Made by a program: the position numbers and the translations under genes. A DNA stretch of 64,000 bases from Octopus vulgaris (Eukaryota): positions 160,270,001-160,334,000 of the forward strand of contig OX597816.1 in assembly GCA_951406725.2 (NCBI GenBank), in the 5' to 3' direction. Shown here in pieces: positions 12,521 to 24,036 of the stretch. Below the pieces are notes generated by a model. That model made no database searches. It was not told where the DNA came from and was given only the letters and a program-made list of their open reading frames with translations. Each line of letters opens with the position of its first letter. Position 1 is the stretch's first letter.

Positions 12521-15500
12521 CGTTGTCATTTCGTTTTTTGTCAAATAATTATTTCATCGCATTGTTGCAACTACTTCAGTGACACGTCTCTCTCTACTTC
12601 CATTTCTTTTGAACCTATGTTCCAACATTGGGATTCATCCAAGAACTGTCCGAGATGAGTATGTGAATGTGTGTATGTTTGCATGTGTGTGTGTTTATAC
12701 ATAAGTGTGTGCATCTGTATATGTGTGTGTGTGTGTTTTAAATACTGACTATGTCATTTTTCATATACATAAGATAGCAGTTTTGGTTTTCGCTTTGTTT
12801 TCTTTGCAAACGCACACGTTCATCCATATAAAAGCTGATCGATAAATTGATTAACGGAGTAACTAACCCATTAACTAACAATAACAATAAAGGACTGAAC
12901 CAGCGTATGTGTTTATCATTACTGGCATAACGCCCCTCCCAAGGTTCAATAGTATTTCTTTCAACACACAAATTCACATCAAGAATCTTGCAAATGAAAT
13001 ACAAACTTACTTTTATCTCAAAATCTGTTATTATTGTGGGTGTTGACATTGTTATTGAATACCTCTGCATTCCTAGACACTGAATCTTAATTAAATTTTT
13101 TTAAAATTATATTTTTCCCCCTTCCTTATTTTTCAAATGTATTAATTTATGTTTATATGCAATGTATGTGCAGTTGTATTTATACTATAAATTATATGTT
13201 AGTATTACCTGATTTGCTGATTAGCATGCTATATTTTATGTGTCCTTTATTGTTTAACATAACAGTGTGTGATTTGATGAAGTTTTAGCTAATATTTTTG
13301 ATAAGTTGAGCAATGGCTTGTGTTCACGTGCCAAAGCTATGACAAAAGCAATAAGCTGTTTGGCACTCTGATTTCCTGGTTTGATGCACACTAGCTTAGA
13401 TGGCAGATGACAATGATGACGATGATGATGATGACATCAGTGACAACGACAACAATGATGATAATGATAACTACAATGCTGCTGTTGTTGTTGTAGTTAA
13501 GCAGCAAGACGGGTAAGGGTGATTAGGTGATGGTCTAGGGCTCAGGGGCAGAAGACCCCAGACCTTGGAAAAAAAAAAACTTTGGTGTCTTGTAGTCGAG
13601 GGCTCTTTGTTGATACCCGACACCACTGGGAGGTGGCCCTCGAAGTTGCTGGAAATGGAGATCTCCAGATCCAAATTCGTGAACGGCTGCTGTTGATGCT
13701 GATGATTGCTACCATGACATGTTTTAAAGACATTTCTTAAAAATGAATGAATTTCAGTTGTTAGAATAACAGAGAATGAAAACAAAAAAGTTCCTTTGAA
13801 CTTCAATAATATATTTTGTATTTATAAAATATTACAACATATTATTTGTTTTTATTATTCGAATATATTTTTCTTACATTATTTCTATTGAATTTACCTT
13901 CTGTTTTTTTTTTTTTATGGTTTTGATGTTACCACATTTATAAAAGGAAATTTTAATACATTCTCTCTGATAACAAATACAAACATGTATTTTATACTTC
14001 TATTCCCAGATTATAAAAAAAGACAAAACCAAACAAATAACCCCTAGAACATTAACAGATGATTTGCTAAATTGATAACCATAACAATTTCTTTGTCATA
14101 CCGAATAGAGTTTCATTGAATTTTAATGAATGAATAAGGGTGTACAAACACTCAATGGGATTGTAGAATTGTTTGTAAATGATTTTCTCATACAATAGTT
14201 AATAGTGTTCAACTAATCTAGTTGAAAATGTGACATTTATGGAATCTGATATGGATTAGCATGATAGAATCTTGCTCAACAATTTTATAAACCATTCATT
14301 ATTGTTTCAAAATTTACCACTGACATTAGCCAGGCATCCTGGTCATTTATCAGCATTTAACATATATGTACGTGTGTGTGTGTGTTTGTGTGTGTGTATG
14401 TGTGTGTGTTTGTTTGTGTGTATGTGTGTGTGAGAGAGAGAAAGAGAAAGAGTATTATTTTCATATTGTTGATAGTATATTGCACATGCTAATGTGTGTA
14501 CAGCTGCTTGTAAGTGAAGGCCCGTGAGAGGAATTTTGTTAGGAGGTACAGAGTTTCTCTTGGGCCTATTTCTTTCGTGTGATTGCTAGTTTTCAATATA
14601 TGCAAATATTTTCCACAGTCCTGGTAGGTGCAGGCTTTGCTTGCTTTGCAATCCCATGGCTTTTGGTTCAATCCCACATTGGGTAACAGTCTTCTACTAT
14701 GGCCCTTACCTTGTGAGTGAATTTCTTAGATGGAAAATAAAAGTAGTACATGTGTGTGCTTGTTCACCACTTGACAGTCATTTGCGTTTTGTTTACATCC
14801 CCATAACTTAGCAGTTTGGCAAAAGAGACCAACAGAGTATATTCCAAACTTAGAATAAAGTACCGGAATTGATTTGACCAACAAAACTCTTTAAGATATT
14901 GCTCAAGCATGACCACAGTATGTGTTTTTAATTTATTTACAGCAGTAGGATGTGGTTTGAGGAAAATTTGGGTGTTGTTTCTAACAGGTCAGAGCTCTAT
15001 GTAAACACATCCTTGGTGTTTATCTATGCTAGTGATGCAGTGGTTACAGCATCGGTTTTACAATAGTGAAGTTGTGAGTTCAGTTCCCAGACTGGGGTGT
15101 GTGAAATAAAGTGTCTTGCTCAAGAACACAACATGCAGCCCGGTCCAGGATTCGAACTCACAACCTCGCGGTCATAAGCTCGATGCTCAAACCACTGAGC
15201 CATGCGCCTTCACTACCCCAACATACACTTATCTGACCCAAGCATGGAAGAGCAGATATTAAGACAATGATAATGATGTTGATGTATATGTAAGTGTGTA
15301 TGTGTTTAATTTAGTGTTATTTTGACTAAGAGAGCACAAAAGTTAACCAATGTTTAGAACTCCATGTGAATATTTGTATATCCAAATTTCAGTTGAGTAT
15401 TGAACTTTATTTGTCCTTTGACTTTTGCTTAGTATCAAACACATTTGAATAATTTACAGAATCTATTGTCCAAGAGGAGAGTTAAACAGGGTAAATTTCT

Positions 15501-15649
15501 AGGTGCAATCCCATGGTCAGTCATGACCAAAAGGGGTCAAATGTTGGGGTAGAGTTTTCTGCAGCTGGATGTCCTTCAACCAACTATATATCAGGCTTAA
15601 AGTTACAGTCTGATTTTTGGCAAGTTAGCCAAAACTTCAGAGTCACTAT

Positions 15650-16110
15650 GTTATTTGTATACTGTTTGACTGTGTAGTACATAGTATGGCTATGTTGTAC
15701 ACTAAGTCTGACCAGTTATACTCTGTTTGACCATTGTTGTATACACTTTATGTTTGTTGTACATTGTTTGACTATATTTTGTACTGTACGTTTGAGGGTG
15801 TTGTTTTCACTGTGTTTGGTTTTGTTGTACTCCATGTTCTGCTCAGTATGTCTGGACATCTTGTACACTATTTTAGACCATGTTGGGCAGTGTACATTTA
15901 TTGACATTTCCTATCAACAAAACATACTTTATCTGTGTGTTTTCAGATATTTCTGGAATAAATAAAAAAAAGATCCATCTACCTAAGCCAAGCTGTCATG
16001 TAAAAATAGGGATTAAACAAAACAGAGGTATGTTTGACCATGTTGTACATTGTGTATTTGACCATACTGTACACTGACTATACTGTACTCTTTAACCATT
16101 TACACTGTAT
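15650..16110. repeat. Degenerate ~20-nt tandem repeat (TGTTTGACCATGTTGTACAC-like)
   Basis: Recurrent TTTGAC(C/T)A..TGTACA(C/T) units. Confidence 0.55.
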
Positions 16111-17401
16111 GTTTCGCTGAGAATAGCAGTTTTTGCATCATATGTGTATTTTGTTATCTAGTTTGTTCTTAAAAATTTTAAGTCTTTGGTAGTGGCCACA
16201 GCAGAGATAGGTAGTAGTCATTTTGGGTTGTATGTAAATTTCGAGATGTATTCTAATTTAGTGTAAGTTTTGTCATTGTACTTTAATTAATTGGATGTTA
16301 TAGTACATTTTTATTAATTTCTGATAAGTATTCTAATTGGCCAATCAATGAAACAGTTTATTCATTAAATTAGCACGCCATATAAGTGGCTGAGTACCTC
16401 ACAGAAATGTGTACCTTTAATGTAATTCCCAGGCAGAACCAATATAATAGAAATAAAACTGACCCTGGGAATTACAAGTACAATCCATATGACAGGCTTC
16501 CACACAGTTTCCATCTAACTTAATTTCACTCATAAGGCTTCAGTTGGCATGTGAGTTAAAGTAAAAGAGATTGGCCCAAGATGATGGAGAATGGGATCAA
16601 ACCAAAGACAACAGGATTGTGAAATAAGCTTCTTAACTGGTTGGCCAGTCCTGCGACCATGCTGAAGACCATGTTAATCTCTGAATCTGTAGCTCCCAAA
16701 AGGTCATTCCAATTGACCTTTTCTTTCCGTCTTAATTTCAGTTTAGTCATTAACGAACATATCCAGTCTAATTGTATTTTTAAACGTTTGTGTTTTCACC
16801 TCTATTTTAATCTAAAGTTCAATCATTCCTATTTATTTATTTCATTTTGTTTTTTGTTTTTTATTTCTTTTGCCTAAAAATGTTGGTTTACTTCTTCAAA
16901 TGTCATGGGTTCATATTCTTCCTCTGGCATTCGATTGTGCCCTTAGACCAACAACAGTGATTACTCTGTTTAACTCTGTCAAACTGACTGTAAAATAGAT
17001 GTGACACTTACCTACCTATCACTCCATCTTCGTGGCTATATCTATATATGTTTATATATTTACATATTGGTGTTTTAAACAGCATTCAACTGTTAAATAC
17101 TTGCTCCAATGCCTTTTGGCAACTTTCAATATTGCAGACCCATCAAGCCCATGTTAACAAGAAAGTGAGGGGAAAATGCAATAAAAAATTGACCTGTAAT
17201 GATCTCACAATTTATTTCTTATGGTAAATAACACTGTTTCAGTTGCATATACCATTTTTTTTATTCACCCTGCCAGCTTTCTACAATATCAGTGACTATT
17301 ATTCATTGTTACCTATATGCTAAAAAGAACAGATTTCATCACAGCATATAACTAGTGGCTACACCTCATTAATAAGGCTCAAAGAAGCCAAAGTGTGAAC
17401 A

Positions 17402-17721
17402 ACTGCTGGGATGATGTTTGTCTCACATTAATATATACTGTTTTTAAATCAACTTGTTATGAAGAGTATTTTCCTGTCAGACAGAAACCATGGCATCGTG
17501 CCTGTTCAACGATGTATATTTGTTAAGTAGAATACATAAAGATTTTATGTGTGTATCTACATATATACATACAATCTGCATCTATGTATTATATTTAGCA
17601 TATATATATACTGTTGACTGGCATGATTCCGATTTTATTTTTCTGAGATAAAAATTCTTCATGGACATGATGAGTTAAAGCAGCATGTATATTGGAACAA
17701 GATGAACATCAACCCAGCAGT
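17402..17721 (+). repeat. Imperfect long inverted repeat, ~160-bp arms
   Basis: ACTGCTGGGATGATGTTTGTCT ... AGATGAACATCAACCCAGCAGT, with colinear complementarity inward to a loop at ~17557-17560. Confidence 0.85.
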
Positions 17722-17914
17722 GACCCGCAAGAATGCTAGATGATAAAAAAAAACTTAAATAAAAAGATAATGCTTGAGTAACCATGTATTCAATCCTTTA
17801 ATAGTCAGATTAAACTATCAAATGTAATTCTTATTTATTCATTGTTTTGAATTAATCGTGCATTATCTCAGCTTCTGGTCAGTTTGAACATAAAACAGAA
17901 AATTTAGGCCAGAT

Positions 17915-18688
17915 ATCATCATCATCATCGTTTAACGTCCGTTTTCTGCGCTAGCACGGGTTGGACGGTTCAATCAGGGTCTGGGAAGCCAGGAGGCTGC
18001 ACCAGGCTCCAGTCTGATCTGGCAGTGTTTCTACAGCTGGATGCCCTTCATAACGCCAACCACTCCGCGAGTGTAGTGGGTGCTTTTTACGTGCCACCGG
18101 CACAGGTGCCAGGGGAGTCTGGCAGTGACCACGATCAGTTGGTGCTTTTAACGTGCCACCGGCACAGAAGCCAGTCAAGGCGGCGCTGGCATCGGCCACG
18201 CTCGGATGGTGCTTTTTACATGCCACTGGCACAGAAGCCAGTTGAGGCGGCGCTGGCATTGGCCACGTTCGGATGGTGCTTTTTATGTGCCACCGGCACA
18301 GGTATCACAACTACTATTTCCATTAATATTTATTTCGATGTTCATGTACTTGACTCAATAGGTCTCCTCAAGCACAGTGGGTTGTTCTGAAATCCAAGGT
18401 ACTTTGAATGGGCAGGGGCTATGTGGAACTGGTGCAGGAAGCAGCCCGGGTCTTTGCAGTTACAGCATATCTCCAGAGATCTCGGTCCTTCGTCATTGCC
18501 TCTGTGAGGCCCAACGCTCTGAGGTCATGCTTGACTACCTCATCCCATGTCTTCCTGGGTCTACCTCTTCCCCTGATACCTTCAACTGTTTGGGAGCGGC
18601 ACTTCTTCACACATCTCTCCTCATCCATCCGCAGTACATGACTATACCATCGCAAGCGTCCCTCTTGCACACCACATCTGATGCTCTT
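17915..18688 (-). mobile_element. RTE-clade LINE 3' end (ORF C-terminus, 3' UTR, (GAT)n tail)
   Basis: ORF 18670-18419 RLRWYSHVLRM...GRGRPRKTW...DRDLWR is the typical RTE C-terminus. Inserted inside a piggyBac-like MITE. Confidence 0.9.
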
Positions 18689-18854
18689 TTGTCCATATGT
18701 CCACTTTAAATGCTAAAGGGTTAATGGGACATATAATATGTATGTATATATATATATATATATTTTCTTTCTTCTGTGTCATATAGTTTCTTGGATTCTG
18801 TAGTATATATGCTCCCCACTAGATGGGATGCCAGTCCATTGCAGGATTATAGTA

Positions 18855-19226
18855 GACAAAAACTATCTTCCCAGTTTGCCTTCCTTTGATATTACTGCAC
18901 CTCTTATGTGTCCATAGCTTACACTGGGTACATCTTATAGAGTTTCTACCTACGCCTCTACTACAGATCGAGCAGGGCCATCTACCTGCAGGGATTTGTG
19001 GTGTGCCTGCCTTCCTACTTATTAGGACTTTGGTTTTAACTAGGTTGATTCTAAGGCCCTTCGATTCTAATCCTTGTTTCCACACTTGAAACTTCTCCTC
19101 TAGTTCTGATAGTGACTCAGCAATTAGAGTAAGGTATCCTGTCTTGAATTCCTCCATTATTGCCTGGAGGACTATGATAAATAGGAGGGGGCTGAGGACT
19201 GAACCCTGCTGGACCACAACCTCTAC
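18855..19226 (-). mobile_element. RTE LINE RT-domain fragment with internal deletion
   Basis: QGSVLSPLLF, GLRINLVKTKVL and CxxC...CxxC..WTHKRC present; the YADD motif region is missing. Confidence 0.85.
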
Positions 19227-20145
19227 TTAAATTTATATATATATATAATTTTACTTAATTTATATTAAAATTGTTTTATGTATTGGATTAAGTCTTTCTT
19301 TGTTTGATTTGCAAAATAGTGGTTTTGTCTCTAATTAATATTATATAATATTTTACTATAAAATTGGATTCAATCCTAAATCTGATTTTCCCTGTAAATT
19401 TGGATTTATTCCCTAATATTTATTATTATATATATATACATCTATATATATGAAACTGGTGTTTCAACTATAACAATAATTTTTGGCATAAGATTATGCA
19501 GACAGGTTCTAATTTAAATAAAACCAGTTTGAAGCAGACAATTCTGTATCACAGAAAACCTCAGGCAACTCAGTGTAAAAAAAAATCAAACAGAAATTAG
19601 AAATAGCAAATGGGAGCAGTGCTATAGTACAGCTCTACAATATCATTAACACAATTTTAAATGTTACTTTCTGATCAACATTAAGGTATTGAATTTTCAG
19701 GGTTTTTATTTTTTTAAATTTAAATTGTATTTTACATTTTCTACCAGGTTGATATTGTCAACTTCTACACAATACTCTTACCATACTAGTCAAAGTCTTT
19801 GTACTTCATTAGTGTAAACGATAATTATGTGATCCAGATAATGATTTGCCTGGTTATGTAATGATTAAACATAGCTACTGCCACCCACCCATCTACTTGT
19901 TTTCAACCACCCCACTGTGTCTCATACATACCCATCATTTTTCAACAAATGTCAACTCCAGTAGCAAACGGCATTAGGTGTCTATTAGGAATCTACTAAT
20001 GATACGATTAAGGTCAAGTTTGGTGTGCTAATATACTTAGAGAATTGTTTAATTATACTGTGTGTGTGTATATGAGTACATGTGTGTCTGTATGTGTGTT
20101 TGTGTCTGCACTCTCTCTCTCTCTCTCTGTCTTTCTCTTACACAT

Positions 20146-20180
<35 letters not shown>

Positions 20181-20270
20181 TGGATAAAAATGTAAGCTGT
20201 GAATATTCATGTGTGTGCTAAGTGCATATATACCAATATGTGTATGTCTGTGTGTGTGTGAGTCTATCTC

Positions 20271-20302
<32 letters not shown>

Positions 20303-20473
20303 TATCAGTAATGTTTATCACCACTTCATCATGGCTGTTCTGTAGGAACCGATGTCACTACCATGTTAAACCCCAGGAGGCAGCCTCCTCTGGCTGGTTA
20401 TCAACGCAATCTGCACCTGAGTTATATTGCAAGCAGGGGAGCAAACCACTACCATCTCCTAGCTGCTTAGCTT

Positions 20474-20522
<49 letters not shown>

Positions 20523-22189
20523 CATAGTCATCTTCATCACTTAACTCCTATTTTCCATGATGGTATGATTTGGATGATTTGATAGGATCTGGCAAGCAGC
20601 AGATTTGCACTGAGCTCCAAAGTCAGCTTTGACATGTGTGTGTGTGTGGATGTATGTGTGTGATAGAGAAACCACGCCTGGATTGTCCTTGATAATAACT
20701 TTCCTTGAATGCAGTGGAATCAGGGCCAAATAACAGCAACAAACATTCATCAGTTTCATAAATTTGGTTTTTTTTTTGTTTTTGTTTTTGCCAAACAATA
20801 TTTCTCTTACCTGTGGCTGGCCATGCTGGGGCATCACTTTGAAGAATTCTAGTCGAATAAATTGACCGCAGTACTTATTTTGTTATGTCTGGTATTTATT
20901 GTGTCCATCTCTTTTGCCAAACTGCTCAGTTATAGGGTTATAAGCACACCAACACTGGTTGTCAAGCAGTGGTAGGGGACAGACACAGAAACAAAGACTC
21001 CCCCCATATATAATATATTCATATATGTGTATGTGTGTGCTTGTATATAAGTAAATATGAGAGTGATAATACTATTAAAATACCATCACTAGTGGCAGTG
21101 AATACCAGCCATATAGGCAAAATTAATAAAATATATATATATATAAAATATACATCATCATCGTTTAATGTCTGCTTTCCATACTGGCATGGGTTGGATG
21201 GGTTGACTGAGGACTGGCAAGCCAGTGGGCTGCACCAAGCTCCAATCTGATATGGCAAGGTTTCTACAACTGGATGCCATTCCTAATGCCAACCACTCCA
21301 AGAGTGTAGTGGGTGCCTTTTACATGCCACTGGCATGGAGGCCAATCAGTGGGCACTGGCATTAGCCTCGCTTAAATGGTGCTTTTAACATGCCACCAGC
21401 ATGGGAGCCAGTGAAGTGGCACTGGCATTGACCACGCTTGAATGGTGCTTTTTATGTGCCACTGGCATGGGAGCCAGTCAGGTGGCACTGGCATTGGCCA
21501 TGACAGCAATTTTACTTAACTCAATAGGTCTTCACAAGCATAGCACATTGCCCAATGATTGAAGGGAAGTCTTAAATCAGCTAGTTATGTGAAACTGGCA
21601 TAGGCCATAGCTACTATCTCTCTTAGCTTGCCGGGTCAAACACAGCATATCTCATACACACACACACACACACGCACACATGCACATATATGTATGTGTA
21701 TGACTGGCTTCTTTCACTTTCCATCTACCAAATCCACTCACAAGGCTTTAGTCAACCCAAGGTTATTGTGAAAGACACTTGCCCAAGGTACATCACAATG
21801 GGGTTGAACCCACATGGTTGAGAAGGAAACTTCTTACCAAGCACTCATGCCTTTGCCTGTATGTTCAATTAGTATGTATATTTAATTAAGATTACATATT
21901 CATTAGATATGCATTGTAGTGGCTTTCAACTTTAATGTGTGGTACAATATTGTGAGAGATAATGGTCTGTTAAGCTTATATCTCTATGTTATGGTATGAT
22001 GAAAGATTTCATTGAGTGAGCTTTTGTTCAGTGATGTATTTTTTAGATATTAATCTGAAGTGTTAATTGGGCTATTAATGTATACATAACCCCCCACACA
22101 CACACACACGTATTTCTTTGTTTTGATTACTGAAGCAAAATATTGTCTAAAAATGCTATCAAATTACGGAAGTGTTTCATACGCATACA

Positions 22190-22296
22190 TGTGTGTGTGT
22201 ATGTGTACATAATATGTATGTTTCAGTAGGCGTGTGTGTATATGTGCATATATATATATGTATATGTGTGTGTATGTGTGTATATATGTGTGCATA

Positions 22297-22344
<48 letters not shown>

Positions 22345-22545
22345 TATGTGTGTGTGTGTATATATGTGTGTATATATATATATATGCATATGTATGTGTG
22401 TATATATATATATGCATATGCATGTATATGTATGTGTGTATATATATATATATGCATATGCATGTATATGTATGTGTGTGTATTTATATATATATATGTA
22501 TACTTACATATATATATATATATGTATGTAATGTATGTATGTAAG
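22190..22545. repeat. Compound TA/TG microsatellite
   Basis: Directly visible; followed by a 38-bp direct duplication GTAAGAAGAATGTAACATGAAAATGGAAAATAAAAGG at ~22541-22615. Confidence 0.9.
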
Positions 22546-23295
22546 AAGAATGTAACATGAAAATGGAAAATAAAAGGTGTAAGAAGAATGTAACATGAAA
22601 ATGGAAAATAAAAGGCTCTATGGTTAGACAGCTGCATTACAGAATATACAGGGTATTTTTTACTTGGCACCGGTACCAGTGCTTGACAACTGATGTTGGT
22701 GTGTTTATGTCAGCAAAAGAGACCGATAGAATAAGTACTAGGCTTACCAAGAATAAGTCCGGGGGCGATTTGTTCAACTAAAAAGGTGGTGCTCTAGCAT
22801 GGTCGCAGTCATATGACTGAAACAAATAAAAGAATAAAAGTAAAAGAATAGATATTCTTTGTTGAATTATGGGTTTTAATTGGTTAACTCTGATGACATC
22901 CTGTCCAACCTATGCCACAGAAACAAAGATAGCTCTGCTACATGTATTGAGTACATCTCTCATTTGTATAAACAAGTTGCATGTGTGTGTGTATGAGAAA
23001 GTATGTGTAAGAGATAGATTGAGGTGTGATTCTAGTCTTATGAGAAGAACATAAAAAGTTGTGTGTTAGGCCACCAGTTTACTTAGAATCTTACTGCAAA
23101 AGAATGGTAAATCCTAACAGGCTTCTAACTCTGAAATTTGAAGAACCAAGCCACACATAGTAAAACCTATAACATGTGAGTGTGCATGTGTGCACATGCA
23201 TGCATGTGTTTTTTTGTGTATATGCATGTGCATTAAATTTCTGACATCATCTACTGAAATGCCCTATAACCATGGTTTTCCTGCTTTAGTTATTA

Positions 23296-23692
23296 CTAGC
23301 AATATCGCCCGGCGTTGCTCGGGTTTGTAAGGGAAATAACTATATAAGCATTTTTAGAGATGTAAAGTATAATAGCCATCTCAATATGGCTAACCACAAA
23401 GGGGGTGGTGTTACTGTAGCTTTTTACGTTCTGAGATTTTATAATAAATTTTTAGAGAGTTACTTCGCTTATATATGCCAAAAATGCATTAAAAATGGGA
23501 AAAATTGCTAGTAATTGTTTTTTTAAATCGTAGACTCATCGTAGATGCGCGCTAATACCCAGAAGGGCTCGATATGAATCACGACTATAAGATACCCGGT
23601 TTTGGTTAAACTGCACCGCAAAATGTGGAAGTAGTTAGGAATCTAAATTGTAGGAGACAGACAGCACGCAACCTCTCTTTTATATATAAAGA
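23296..23692 (-). mobile_element. Non-autonomous Helitron
   Basis: Minus strand begins TCTTTATATATAAAA and ends with hairpin CCCGAGCAACGCCGGG...CTAG. Inserted between A and T, no TSD. Confidence 0.85.
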
Positions 23693-24036
23693 TTACCTCC
23701 GCCTTAGTGAAGGCGGAGTTATTGTTTTCAGTGGTGTTTGTTTGTTTGTGCACGGACAAGATATCTCAAGAACTGCTGGATGGATTCAGATGAAACTTTC
23801 AGGGATGTTTTATCTCATAACTGGCACGAACTGATTAGATTTTGGGATCGATCCAGTACCAGACAAAGATTCTAGATTATTTTTCCTGTTATTTTTTGTT
23901 TTGTTTTTTTACATAATGTTTGAGAATGGTCAGGTTCATTTTTAGTATTCTTGTTTGTGAGAGCAGTCAAATTTATTTCGGATATTCTCATTTTGAAAAT
24001 TTGGCAGAGGTTTGCGCTCTCTGAGTGCTCTTGTTA
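23693..24036 (+). mobile_element. Helentron/HINE-like non-autonomous element
   Basis: 5' TTACCTCCGCC..GGCGGAG stem, internal GTTT microsatellite, 3' subTIR TTGGCAGAGGT plus hairpin GCGCTCTCTGAGTGC. Confidence 0.65.

Noticed and set aside
12827-12834. TATAAAAG as a TATA box
   Set aside because: Common in AT-rich DNA with no independent promoter evidence.
13585-13650. HDV-like ribozyme on the minus strand (ACC-TCCCAGT-GGT resembles P3/L3)
   Set aside because: No 7-bp P1 partner or correctly placed P1.1/J4-2 found.
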